From the human T2T-CHM13v2.0 reference genome, Homo sapiens, in the NCBI RefSeq assembly GCF_009914755.1, contig NC_060935.1: DNA of 64,000 bases, one strand, 5' to 3'. Positions 1-25,009 of the stretch are shown here, piece by piece; positions within the stretch are counted from its first letter, which is position 1; each line of letters begins with the position of its first letter. The notes under the pieces were generated by a model, which saw nothing but the letters and a program-made list of their open reading frames with translations, had not been told where the DNA came from and searched no databases. Position numbers and translations under genes: made by a program.

Positions 1-370
<370 letters not shown>

Positions 371-768
371 GCCAGAAGTAATTCTAAAGCACCCGAGTCC
401 ACTGGAAACTAAGTTCCAATCTGGACCAGCCTCAGGGTTGGCACTCCTCGCATGCCCCCACCCATGAGCCGGGCCAAGTCCAGGTCTGGTTTATCTCAGC
501 TTCTGGACAGCAGAGCCCATCTGCAAACATCCTAAGTGCTTAGTAGCAAATGTAGGGGGAGTGTCACCAGGCAGGGCCCTGGGGGAAAGCACTAGAATCC
601 GGGCAGCCCTTCAGTCAGCAACCATTCCCCAGACCCCATGCCAGGAGGGGCAGGGCAGGCACGAGAACGGACCTGGGCCCCGCCTTCGTGGAGCGCACAG
701 TCTATCAAGTGTCTGTCAGATATCAGGCCAATGTGAAGGTCCCACTGAATGGCAAAGAGTGCGGTTCA

Positions 769-1897
<1,129 letters not shown>

Positions 1898-2463
1898 GGC
1901 GGCGCCGCCGCTCCAGCCCAGCAGCTCCTGGCCCGCTCCTGCCTCCCGCCCTCCGGCAGCCTCCTTCCGGCCTGGCTCTCCTTCCGCCCGCCCCAGTCCG
2001 CCCCCGGCCCGCGGCCCCGCCTCCAGGCCTCCCGGGCCCGCCCCGCCCAGTCCCCCGCCCTCTAGCGCCCCCGCTGGACGTGAGGCGCGGCGGCCCGGGG
2101 GGCGGGGCCTCGGCGGCGGGCTGGGGGCGGGGTCTGTCGGGGGCGTGACCAAGCTGGTTACGCCCCAGAGGAGGCGCCCAGCCCTGTTCAGAGGATGTGG
2201 GGCCGGAAGGACTGTGGAAGTTGTTTTTCTCTTTCAAAAGCCCAACAGACTTTCCCACCCCTTCCCTGGGTGGAAGGTGTTGTGAACATGTTAATAACCG
2301 GCTGCTAGGCACTGAGGGTTAACTGCTCCAAGTGCAGGAAAGGAAACTGAGGCTCAAGAGATAAAAACAGCCTGGACCTCGCATTCACGGAGGACCCCCC
2401 ACTTCTTCGTGGGTCTCTGTGGCGCCCAGGCGGCTGACCACACTCAAAGACAGCTACGGCTGA

Positions 2464-3846
<1,383 letters not shown>

Positions 3847-4029
3847 CTAACAGTCCTGGGCCCTCCACACCAGCACAGGAACTCAAGCCTGCAGTCACTG
3901 GGGCCATGGGGAAGGTGGGAGGAGCCCACAGCTCAGGGGCACTGGGGCAGGCAGGAAGAGCCTCAGAGAGGAAGGGGTGACACCCCCCACCCTTGGGAGG
4001 GGCCCCCAGCGGTTGCCAAAGCTGTGTGA

Positions 4030-4180
4030 GGAGGAGGAGGAAGTGAGAGGAGGAGGTGAGGTGCTGCGGGAGGTGAGCTGGGCTGGTGGGGACAGGGGCA
4101 GGGCTTGGGGCTGGGTCTCCGGACAGAGACCTGGCTTTTCTGTCAGGGCAGGGCCTAGCCCCTGCCCCCATAAAAGAGGA
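4030..4180 (+). promoter_or_regulatory. Putative TBC1D10C promoter elements (PU-box GAGGAAGTG 4037-4045; TATA-like CATAAAA ~4169-4175)
   Basis: Motif matches 150-280 bp upstream of the ATG; motif-level evidence only. Confidence 0.4.
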
Positions 4181-4317
4181 GACATAGGGGGCTTGGTGAG
4201 ATACCCTGAAACCTCCCCCCTCTGACCCCGCAGCCAGGCCCCAGGCTGGCCGGGAGTGGCCCCTCACACTGGTTCTCCCCACTTTCTCTGCCTGTGGCAT
4301 CGAAGGCCCCGGGCACC

Positions 4318-7300
4318 ATGGCCCAGGCCCTGGGGGAGGACCTGGTGCAGCCTCCCGAGCTGCAGGATGACTCCAGCTCCTTGGGGTCCGACTCAGAGCT
4401 CAGCGGGCCTGGCCCATATCGCCAGGCCGACCGCTATGGATTCATTGGGGGCAGCTCAGCAGAGCCAGGGTAAGGGGGCAGGGTGAGGGCTGGCGGAATG
4501 CTGGGACAGAGGACAGGGGGCTGAGGGCTGAATTCTGGAGGGAGGCCGGGAGGGTCTGGTGGTAGGGATTGGGAGGGGGACTCAGCCAGTAGCACCCCTC
4601 TGCAGGTGCCAGGTGGAACCCTAAGGTGGGAAGGGTCCGGGGAGGCCTCTGTACGTCTCTTACCCCCAGCCTCCGAGGGTTTGCACCCACTACTGGGGCA
4701 GAACATCCTTCCCCTTTGAACCTCTGGCTCAGGAATCCCAGATCCAAATCACAGAACCCATACCTCCTCCTTCCCCCTTTCCCCAAGCTACAGACAGAAA
4801 CACAAGTCCAGATATAGACAGAAACTTGCCCCAGGTCACACAGATCAGACACAGACCCAGACTCAAACTCAGGACTCTGGGCTTCCAGTCCAGGGCTCTC
4901 TCCAGCCAGCTTCCCCTATGAATTGTCTGTGTCCCTGTCCTGGGTGACAGCCAACCAGTCCCTCCCCCAATACACACCCACTCACCCCTTCAGTCTCCTG
5001 CTTCTGCCCACGTCGGAGCCACATCCTTTCCTGTCCCCGTGACAAGCATTGGCAGCTCCTGGGTCACAGGTCACCCCACAGGGCTCCCAGAGATCCCTAG
5101 GGCCAGGAGCTGGGTTCACCTGGGTAGCCTGGAGGGTGGCAGTGTGGGCCTTGGGTAACAGCTGCCCAGCGTCTGGATACCTGTGCCATGCACCCCCAGG
5201 CCGGGCCACCCACCTGCAGACCTCATCCGCCAACGGGAGATGAAGTGGGTGGAGATGACCTCGCACTGGGAGAAAACCATGTCCCGGCGGTACAAGAAGG
5301 TGAGGGGGGCAGGGGCCCCACTTGGCTTCCATGGCTCATTCCTCTCTGCCTCAGCCCACATCTTGGCAAAATGTACCCACCCTGTGTCCCAGCACCTCCG
5401 GCCTTTGCTCCCTGCCACCCAAAGTGGGCCCCTGCCTGCTGATGAGCTGTGCCTGGGGCCTGCCAGCAGGAGCTATGGAGGCTGCCTAGTGGAGCCCTTG
5501 GCCTCACCCACAGGTAAAGATGCAGTGCCGGAAAGGCATCCCGTCTGCCCTGCGCGCCCGATGCTGGCCCCTGTTGTGTGGGGCCCATGTGTGCCAGAAG
5601 AACAGCCCTGGCACCTATCAGGTGAGGGAGTGGGCAGGGGCCCCAATTCCCCTACCCAGAGCCCCTCACCACACTGAACCCTCACACCCACCTTCCTGGC
5701 TACCCACAGGAGCTGGCAGAGGCCCCTGGAGACCCACAGTGGATGGAGACCATTGGCAGGGACCTGCACCGTCAATTCCCTCTGCACGAGATGTTTGTGT
5801 CGCCTCAGGGCCACGGGTACGAGGCCGGTGATGCCCAGGGACCCCCAGCCCCACAAGCCCCAGGTGCTCCAGCCCACTTTCCCTAGCCCAGCTCTACAGT
5901 CTTGCATCTCAGGGGACCCAGGAAGGCCCAGGGAGGCTGAGGCCTGGGCAGAGGCCCCCAGAGGGTGGAGAAGGGGGTGCCTGCAGGACTGGCCCCTTAT
6001 GGGGTCTTCCGGCACAGGCAGCAGGGGCTCCTGCAGGTGCTCAAGGCCTACACCCTGTATCGACCGGAGCAGGGCTACTGCCAGGCCCAGGGGCCCGTGG
6101 CTGCTGTGCTGCTCATGCACCTGCCCCCAGAGGTGAGTGACCTTGACCCTGCTCTGGGAACCCTAGTGACCTAGGCCCAGGGAACCCCATCCCCAGGAAC
6201 TGTGGCCTCAGAAACCTGCAATCCTTGATTCCTGGACCCTGTCCTAGTGACCCAGGTCCTCATGACTGCCAGCCTCAGTGACCTTCAAGCCTAATGACCT
6301 TGACTCCAGGAACCTGGGACCCTTGACCCCAGCCTTGACCCCAGTCATCTAGGAATCTGGATGTTATCACCTTGACCCCACGACTCCTGATTCTGAACTT
6401 GGGGACTGCGACCCCAACCCCAAAGACCCAGAAACCCAGGACTTGAACTTTGGGACACTCCCAACCCTTGGCCAGTGAACCCCAACCCTGTGACCTTCAA
6501 ATCTAACACCATGAGCCCTGTGATTTCCAACACCCTAAACCCCTCAGCAGACCCTGTCTTGGGCAGAGGAGGGGGCTTTTGGGAAGGGCTTCCAGGAACT
6601 GCGCAGGTTAGGAGTGGCCCTGAGTGCAGGCCCCTGTGGTGCCCAGGCCCTCCCCTTCACTCCTTTCCCCTGTCCTGCCTTCTCCTCCACGGTCCCTTCC
6701 TTGGTGAGCACTTACAGGCCTGTGCCCTGCCCCTTCCCCAGGAGGCCTTCTGGTGCCTGGTGCAGATCTGTGAGGTCTACCTCCCTGGGTACTACGGGCC
6801 CCACATGGTGAGAGGCTGACATGGGGGCTGGAGGAAGGAGGGGCAGGGGCCCGGTGAGTGGGTGGGGGTCTGGGGACTGAGGGAGGTTGAGCCTGGGCTC
6901 TGGGGGTGGCGGTGCTGGCCTGCTGATGGACGTGGCCACAGGAGGCTGTGCGGCTGGACGCCGAGGTGTTCATGGCCCTGCTGCGGCGGCTGCTTCCGCA
7001 CGTGCACAAGCACCTGCAGCAGGTGGGCGTCGGACCCCTGCTGTACCTGCCCGAGTGGTTCCTGTGCCTCTTCGCCCGCTCCCTGCCCTTCCCCACAGTG
7101 CTGCGTGTCTGGGATGCCTTCCTCAGTGAGGGTGAGTGGGGCAGCCAGTGGCTGGGGCAGGAGCCTTGGGGTGTGGGTGGGGAGGTAGCTCACCAGCTCC
7201 AGGGTTCCCTTTTTGAGCCTCAAATCACAGGACTGGGTGTGCCGAAGGTGATGGCCTGGTGCCTGGCGCTACATCACCCATCACCCATCACCCAGGCACC

Positions 7301-9869
7301 GCCTGGTGCAGAGCTGGGCCAGGGAGGCTTCCAGAGGAGGCAGATGGGGCAGGAGCAGGGTGATCACAGCACATGGAGGCCTGAGCTTCTCAGGGACAGT
7401 AGGAGGCGTTCCTCCCCAGAGCCCGCAGGCACCTGCTGGGTGCTCACTGGCTCCAGACGTGGATCTGCAGCTGGGAATCAAGTGATCGAGACCTTCAATT
7501 CTGGCGGGGGTGGGGATGGGTGGCGACAGTAACCAAATTCACAAGATATTTATAGATTGTCAGAAGTGTCATGAAGAAAATAAAACAAGGGATGTGACAG
7601 GGAGTGTCAGGGGAGTGCAGGGGCGATGGCTGCATTTAAGCTCCTTCTGGCTGCTCTGTGCAGGAGGAGGACTCACAGGGGTGGCTGTGGAGGCCTGGGG
7701 CCAGAGAGGCCACTGTCCCCAGGGGCCAGGCTACAGTCTACGAAGCAGGGAGGGCTTGGAGCCATGAAGCCAGAGAGGTGGAGGCTGGGGGCCAGGCCAA
7801 GAACAGGAGGGGAGTCGGAGCAGAGCCAAGCTGGACTCCCTGTGTCTTTGGGACTCTGCCTTGATACTGCCATCGGTAACCCACCTGCATTCTGTTCTAT
7901 ATGTGAGGTCTGGAGGTTGCACCTTAAAACGTGGTAGAAATCAGTCAGCATATGCATACTGTGCATACTGAATGCCTGTCGTGTGCTCAGCCGGCTTCCT
8001 GCCCTCCGCACAGCGGAGGACCACTGGCTGACTTAGAGTTCTGGCCACAGGTGTCCAAGTCGCTATCCATGCGGTCACCTTCCAACCAGCCTTAGACCTC
8101 GAGAGCAGGGCTGGGCAGAGCTGGGCAGGGCCTGACCTGCCCACCTGGGGGCAAACACTACACAGGCTCCCTTTATCAGAAGGACGATAGTATGAATAGT
8201 GATTGTTCCTACCATCATCACTCAACCTCGCTGGTCCCCTGGTGGCTCTTCTCAGATCAGAGGCTGCCAGGAAGGAATTTTGAGGCTCCAGGACTAGCCC
8301 AAACTCACACTGTGGGGAGTGTGCACTGAGTGCTATGCTCCTGGCTTAGGGAAGAGCAGTTCTGCCTAGGATCTTTCTAGAATCAGAGGGTCACAGATCC
8401 AAGTTGGAAAGGCCCTTAAAGGGCTCCACCTGACCTTTCATCATGGAGATGAGCAAGCTGAGGCCCAGGGAGGGCTTGGTGTGAAGGCATCAGTAGCCCT
8501 GGGCTCCTGGCAGGAAGCTGGTGGCTTGGAGGGGACTGGAGCCTTGGGGTGTGGACAGGGAGCTAGCTCACCAGCTCCAGGGTTCCCTTTTGGAGCCTCG
8601 AGTCATGGGACCAGGTGTGCTGAAGGTGATGGCCCTGTGCCTGGTGGCACATCACCTGTCACCCGGATGCTGCCTGGGGTAGGAGCTGGGTGATCATAGC
8701 ACATGGAGGCCTGACTGGCTCAGGGAGGGTAGGAGGTGCTCCTCCCCGGAGCCCACAGGCACCTGCTGGGTGCTTGCTGGCTCCAGATATGGATGGCATC
8801 TGAGCATCAAGTGATCAAGACCTTCATTTTGGCGGGGGTGGGGATGGGAGGCGACAGTAACCAAATTCACAAGATAGTAACTCTTCCCCAAAGCATCTGT
8901 GGCTCTTGAGGCTAACTTGGCCAGTACAGCGGCCTGTGTTACCCGAAATGCAACTCCACCCTCTGTCATTGTTCCTGAACCGGGGAGGGCAGAGCTGCAG
9001 GAGAGTGGGAGGCATATGGCTGAGGGCAGGTTTGGGTGCAGAACTGTGGAGGGGCAGGGCCGGCCTCCCAGTGAATAAGCCCCCGGCCTGCAGGTGCCAG
9101 AGTACTGTTCCGTGTGGGGCTGACACTGGTGCGCCTGGCGCTGGGCACTGCAGAGCAGCGAGGGGCCTGCCCTGGCCTCCTGGAGACACTGGGAGCCCTT
9201 CGAGCCATCCCCCCCGCGCAGCTGCAGGAGGAGGCCTTCATGTCACAGGTGGGTACCCCCACCTCTCCTTGGACTTGCCCAGCCCCTGCTGCACGGGGGA
9301 AACTGAGTCCCAGAGCAGGAAGCCAAAGCGAGAATGGGGACTTAGTTCCTGTCCCCTGAGCTTCAGAGAACACAAAAACCTGAGGCCTCCAGTGGCTTTC
9401 TGTGGCTCCCCAGTGAGGCTGTCAGCCCCTCAGTCCTCAGCCACTTCCTGGGCTGGGGACCTCACAGTTTCCTGTTCCTGCCTTGAGGCCGGGCAAACGC
9501 AGCACCAACTGCTCCCCACAGGTGCACAGCGTGGTGCTGTCAGAGCGGGACCTGCAGCGGGAGATCAAGGCCCAGCTGGCCCAGCTGCCCGATTCCGCGC
9601 CGGGACCCCCGCCCCGGCCACAGGTCCGCCTCGCCGGGGCCCAAGCCATCTTTGAGGCCCAGCAGCTGGCAGGAGTGCGACGAGGCGCCAAGCCTGAGGT
9701 GCCTCGGATTGTGGTGCAGCCCCCGGAGGAGCCCAGACCACCGCGGCGGAAACCCCAGACCCGCGGCAAGACTTTCCATGGGCTCCTGACTCGGGCCCGG
9801 GGCCCCCCCATCGAGGGGCCCCCCAGGCCCCAACGAGGCTCCACCTCCTTCCTGGACACCCGCTTCTGA
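4318..9869 (+). CDS. TBC1D10C: TBC1 domain family member 10C (Carabin/EPI64C), Rab-GAP, 446 aa
   Basis: Exons 4318-4469, 5200-5299, 5514-5621, 5710-5816, 6018-6132, 6742-6807, 6942-7131, 9094-9248, 9522-9869 total 1341 nt. TBC motifs IGRDLHRQF and GYCQAQG are present, with a PxIxIT-like PRIVVQ (9702-9719) and C-terminal DTRF. Confidence 0.98.
7160..8876 (+). repeat. Local direct duplication in TBC1D10C intron 7 (copy A ~7160-7548, copy B ~8538-8876)
   Basis: Colinear shared blocks such as GAGCCTTGGGGTGTGG, AGCTCACCAGCTCCAGGGTTCCCTTTT, AGCACATGGAGGCCTGA, CAGGCACCTGCTGGGTGCT and GGCGACAGTAACCAAATTCACAAGATA. Confidence 0.93.
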
Positions 9870-10183
9870 GAGGACCATGGACTTAGTGTCCCCCAGTCTC
9901 AATTGCCTGATGGCTGATGCCAGCCCGGCAAATAGGCACCGCACTTTACTCTTGGGACTCGGGGACTTGGCTTCCTTCCTGGCAAGGACCAGGCAGTGGG
10001 GAAGGAGGAGGTCCTCCGTGGTACATACTGGGTCAGGCACTAGCATGGAGGAGGGTCACAGAGTGGGGCACGTGAGGACCCATGGAACCGTCCTGGTGCC
10101 CAGGCCCTCACAAGTACCAAAGCCAGCACCAAAGGAGTCAGGGAAGGGGTTGGCTGAGTCAAGGGACCCCAGAGGGCACCAGG

Positions 10184-10189
10184 AATAAA
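10184..10189 (+). terminator. Poly(A) signal of TBC1D10C
   Basis: AATAAA ~315 nt after the stop codon. Confidence 0.8.
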
Positions 10190-13100
10190 ATCTTCTTGAA
10201 CAGATGCCTTGGATGGCGCTGGATCAAATGCCCTCCTCCCAACCCCAGACAGGCAGCCCCTTCCCCTCCTCCCTCATCTGCCCTTCCCAGCCCCGCCCTC
10301 TCCTGGTCCTGCCCTGGGGACACACCGAGGCTGCCCACTGGCCGCTGGGGAAGGTGTTTACAGTAATAAGAGCCAATTGAAAGTTGCCCTGCCCAGCCTC
10401 TGGGGACAGGAGTGGCTTTTGCACCTGCAGGAGGAGGGCGCCCCAGTGGATGGCGAGTCCAGGGGCTCTACCCCCTCTTCTGCCCTCCTTCCCCTCCCTC
10501 CAGGGTGGTTCAGTACTCGCTGGGATGGGGGACTCTAACCCAAGTCCTCCCCGCACCCATGGTTCTAGTCACATCTGTCAAAGGGATCCAGGCAAGAACA
10601 AAGGCCTAGTGTGCCTCGGACAAAGGAGAAAGGTCCCGCCAGCCCTCACCCCTCCCTGGGCCCTGCGTCTGCCCCCTCGGGACCGCCACCATGGAAACCC
10701 CCTCCCACACTCACTAATAGCCCCCGTGGGTGCCCAGGACCTGAGCCATCGCCAGGGCAACAGGGCTGGTTCCGACACAGGCGTGTGTCCCGCAGTGTCC
10801 ATTCCCAAGTGCCCTCCCTTCGATGGGGAACACGGCAGGACTCCATATGGATGGGAGGCATCTGCAGGCCCAGGCTCCAGGGGTGGCCATTGGGTGGGGT
10901 GTCAGTGGAGTCACCTGTCAGACTCTGGGTTTGGAATGTTCTTGCGACAGGGCCACAGGCTGCGTCTATGTGGCAAGTGCCAGGTCCTGGGTCCTGGGCA
11001 GACTTGTCCTACTCCCAAGGAGCCTAACCCCTGGAAGAGGGAATCATGGCGGCCCAGACCCTTCCTTATCTGTCGTTTCTCCGGGGGAAACTGAGGCTCA
11101 GGAGGAGCAGGAACTTGCAGAAAGCCTTACTATCTATCCATAGCAGACCCAAGGTTTAGCCCTGCCCCAACCACTGGCAGCTCCCCCCTGGGCAGCCCCC
11201 TGGGAGTGCTTTCTCCTGCTCCTTCCCCGCTCTACCCCCAATCCTGCACCAGCCCCTCAGTGTGTGAATGAGGCAATAGCCAGACTCCCGTGATTTAGAG
11301 CGCGCTCCAGAGCCTCCTCTGCCCACTCCTCCTTACCCCGCTGGGGTGCCTGCAACTTAATAATAGCCTCCTTACCTGTAGTTTACAAAACCCTTTCCCA
11401 GACCCCCCGCCCCTAGGCCCTCTCTCTGCAGGTGGCCCCTGATATCCCTGTTAGAGACACAGGCTTAGTGAGGACAAGGACCTCACCCAGGCCCACAGTG
11501 AAAGGCAGAGCCGGCTGGAATGCAGAGGCAAGGCTCTGTGCTGTGTAGACTATGCCTTATCCTTAGACGAGGAGTGTCTTGGTGGAATCTCAGGCACTGT
11601 AGCGGGCAGGGTGGCCGGGGTCAGGGGGCACTTGTCCCTGAAATCCACTTGGGAGCTCCCCGCCCTCCACAGTTCAGCTCTTTGCCTGGGAGAATAGAGG
11701 AGCAAGGTGCAGCAGCCTCAGCCCTGGGCCGAGGGTCTGTCATGAGCCTGCGGGGGCGCGGTGGCAGTGGCTCACCCTGGACACAGACCCTAGGAGCCGG
11801 TGGTCTCCAGCAGCGTCCCTCCAGCTGGGGCTCAGTCATTGCCTTTCCTACTCAGGAGACTGTTTTCTGGGCAGCTCTTCTGTAGGTTTCCTTATCAGTC
11901 ACCTGCATGGGAGCCCTAACTCACAGGCTGGACAGAAGAGGCCCAGTGCCCTCCGGGTGTGAACCCTCGCACACATGCGTTCTCACAGGCTCTCCTCCGC
12001 AGGGCTGCACCGGCCCCCACAGCACCTTTTTGCCAGCTAGGGAAAGACGTCTCTCCTCCAGGCAACATGCAGCCTCACCAGAGTGCACGGTGTAGCAGAG
12101 TGGGGTGTGATCTCTCTCCCAGGTGCCTTTGTGCAGTGAGCAACCTACACAAACATGCTCAGTGAACCTAGAAAGTCCCTACAGATCTGCCTGGAAGGGG
12201 GCTCAGAGAAGGGAAGTGATGCATCTGAGAGGACTCAGTGTGTGGGGACTGAAGCTGGGAGGGCCCCTGGGATGTCTGTCAGCCTGCCTCAGAGTGGACA
12301 CGAGTGGGGGCATGCAAAGGAGTGGAGCAGGACAAATGGGTGCCTGCCATGGATCGGCGGGGAGGACCCACGGTCTCCATCTTGCCCTGCCACCCACTTG
12401 AGGTTCCCTGAATTCCCACACTGTTCCAGGCTCCCAGAGGGGTCAGACTTGGACTCACCTGCATGGGAAAGGCCCTTTCTTCTCCTCTGAGCCTCAGTAT
12501 TCTCCTGCGGATAATGGGATTATAATAGCCCCCACCCCAGCCTCAAGAGGGCTCTACCAGCTCATGATGATGATGATGATGACTGTTCAGTCCAGCGGGA
12601 CAGCAGCCAAAGCACTGCCTCTCCTCACCCCACCCCTACCTAGCCTCAGGTGATGTCCAGGCTTTCCTGGCAGGGGCAGAGCAGAACCACCCGCCCACCT
12701 GCCTGCCCCAAGTCCCAGGATCCTGAGCTTGGGCTGCAGCTGCCCAACTCTGATTTTCCTCCCTGTATCCACAAGGCAAAAGCCAGAGCAGCCAGGGACC
12801 AGACAGGGTGGCCTAGGAGAGGGCACAGCCGCAGCACTCTGTGCATGCATGCACGCATTCTGGCAGAAGATCCCGGCTCTGCCTCTCACCAGCTGTGTGA
12901 CCTTGGGCAAGTCACACGACCTCTCTCAGTCTCATAATTGCTCCCTTGCATGTGAAGTGTTAAGCCTGGGCTGAGTGTGCACTGTATCCCCATTTGAAGA
13001 TGAGAAAACTGAGTCCCCAGGGCTGCAGAGCTTGTTAAATGTTAAATGTCAAAGCTCATGCTCTTTGGATCACGCCCAGGCCCCACAGTGGGACCCCATG

Positions 13101-13938
13101 GGCGCTCAGGCCACCCAGGTGGCAAGCGATTGGGTCTCCTGGGGTGGTTGTGGGACCTGGGCCCCTCCCCTTAGTGATCTGAAGCTCACTCTCCCCAGCC
13201 TAGAATGGGGCTGGTTCCTCATTCCTGGAGCCTGGACCAGCTGTAGGGAGGGCTGCACGTGGGCCTGGAAGTTGTGTGGGGAATGTGGGCTGGACTGGGC
13301 ATCCTGGAGAAGCCATTTCCCCTCTCTGCCGACCCTCTCCAGTGGTAGACAGGGATGGGTCTGCACAGACTGCCCTGTATATAGTTGCAGAAAGGGTCCA
13401 ACAGCTGTCATCTCTGTCCCTGACATGTGTGGGCCCCTCAGTATTCTCCCCCAGGCCAGGAGGCTCTCAAGGACAGCCAGGGCTCAATATGTGTCCAGTT
13501 GCGAGACAGGCAGGGAGAAGGGCTGACTGGGGACTGTGAGAGGGAGGAGTTAGAGCCATAGGCTGCCCTGCCTAGGAGAGGGAAACCAGCCCCATTCTAG
13601 GCTGGGGAGAGTGAGCTTCAGATCACAAAGGGGAGGGGCCCAGGTCCCACAGCCAGAGCTAGGATTGAAACCCACTGGTGGGACACACTCCAGGAGAGGG
13701 GGTGAATCTCTGGTTGTGCTTCTGTGGGTGAATTGTGGCTGAGACCCAGGTCTCCTGGGGTATGCTTCTGTGGTTGGGTGGGTACACTTGGGTGTGAGTA
13801 TGTATGTCTTGGGGAGATTATAGCTTCAACTCCGGGTGTGAAGTTGACCTGGGTGGGTGTTGATAAGCAGAGCAGATTTCTTTTCCTTTCTTTTCTCTTC
13901 TTTTTTCTTTCTTTTTTTTTTTTTTTAAAGAGATAGGG

Positions 13939-15140
<1,202 letters not shown>

Positions 15141-15589
15141 AGAGGCTGGATCTTATAGACATCCTGGCCCCTGTGTGCAAGTCCACTGGGTCCAGAAGTG
15201 AGGAGGGGGCTGCACAGATGTGTGGAGACCCTGGCCCAGGAGGGCCTCTCTGGGAGAACGTGCAATAGGGCAAAGCGCTGGCAGCTGGGACAGAAAGCTG
15301 CAGGGCTGGGACCTCCGGCCTCCATCCAAAGGTAGGGCTCAGGGCTGTGTGCTCCAGGCTGCTCTCCCGGGCACCCCACCCCTAAGGGCGGGCCCTAGTA
15401 CCAGTCTCTGCCTGCTCCGGCTCTCCCCGCCCCTCCTTTCCATCTCTTCTCCATGGTGGGCCTCCCTCTTTCTTCATGGCAGCCCTACGTCTGTGACCCT
15501 CGACGACAGTCCCTGTCCATCTGTACCTGGCCCTCTGTCGGGACTTCCTCTGTGTCTCTGAAGACCCCCGTCTCTCCCTGCCTGCTCCG

Positions 15590-16090
15590 TGCCCTCCTCC
15601 TGCTGGGTCCGTGTCCCGCCACACGCCCCCAGGTCTGGGACGTTTTCGTGGCTGACGGGCGGGGGGGGGGGGGGGCGCGTCCCCGGCGGGTCCCTATCGG
15701 TCCCTGTCGGTCCGTCCGCCCCGCGCCGCCCCCGCTGGGCACTGGGCATGCCCCAGGCGTTTCTATATAAAGCGGCGCCGCTTGGGCCGGGCGCTGTGCC
15801 ACTGCCACCGCCGCCGCCGCTGCATCCCGCCCGGTCCGAGTCCGCCCGCCACGCCCGCCGAGCCGCTGCCGCCGCCAGGTACCCCAGCTCCGGCCCCGCC
15901 CCGGGGAGAGCCAGGGAGGGGGGCGGCCGGGGCAGGAGTCGCGGGGACGAGGACCCCGGGCGCCCGCTCCCCGCGGCGGGACCCTCGACGCTACGCCCCC
16001 CACCCCCGGGACCCGGTGCCCCCAACTCCCCCCCGCGCTGGAGGGGCAGAGCCAAGCCCGGACCCCAGGGCAGGAAGGACCTGTGAGCCG
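15590..16090 (+). promoter_or_regulatory. CARNS1 CpG-island promoter with TATA box (TATATAAA 15764-15771) and non-coding exon 1 ending at donor 15878/15879
   Basis: CpG-rich region with a G15 run at 15661-15675, a TATA box and a CAG|GTACCC donor. Confidence 0.8.
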
Positions 16091-16314
16091 CACTGGGGCA
16101 GGAGCCACTCGGTCTGGGCAGCAGAAATCCCTCCCTACCTTCGGGGTGGGGGTGGGGCTGCCTTGGCCTCTCTCTGCAGGGACAGGTGTCGGCCACCTCT
16201 CCACTCCCAAAGTCTAGGGGCTGGAAGGCCAGGCAGGGACTTGGCTGCCCTGACTCCTTCGTCTCTCTGTCCCTCTGTCTCTGCCATCAGTCTCTCAGCC
16301 ACTCCACCCACGAG

Positions 16315-24716
<8,402 letters not shown>

Positions 24717-24975
24717 CACTGGGGTCAGGGGGCAGGGAAGCAGTGCTGGGTGGAGGCACTGTGGTGCCCTCTGCTCCCTGGAGCTCTTCCTGCTTCTCTC
24801 CCCATCACCATGCCCCAGCCCCAGCCTGGCCCGCTGCAATGCCTAGGTCTGTTCCAGAGCAGCAGGGCAATTTAGACACCAAGGCATCCTGGACTCAAGG
24901 GCCTCTTGCCCTCCCGAAGGCCCCAGTCCAGCCTACAGCTTCCCCAGCATTCTAGCCTTGGAGAAATGACAATGG

Positions 24976-24976
<1 letters not shown>

Positions 24977-25007
<31 letters not shown>
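24977..25007 (+). repeat. (CA)~15 microsatellite in the CARNS1 3'UTR
   Basis: Directly visible. Confidence 0.95.

Positions 25008-25009
<2 letters not shown>

Noticed and set aside
9099-9110. RVLF in TBC1D10C as a PP1-docking RVxF motif, tempting because PPP1CA is adjacent
   Set aside because: It lies in the conserved helical (K/R)VLFRV segment of TBC domains and is probably structural; functional RVxF motifs are in disordered regions.
10300-13600. 3-kb Alu-free intergenic stretch with overlapping 100-236 aa ORFs
   Set aside because: I found no coherent exon chain or protein similarity, and it contains MIR fragments. It may be regulatory, but I cannot support that from sequence alone.
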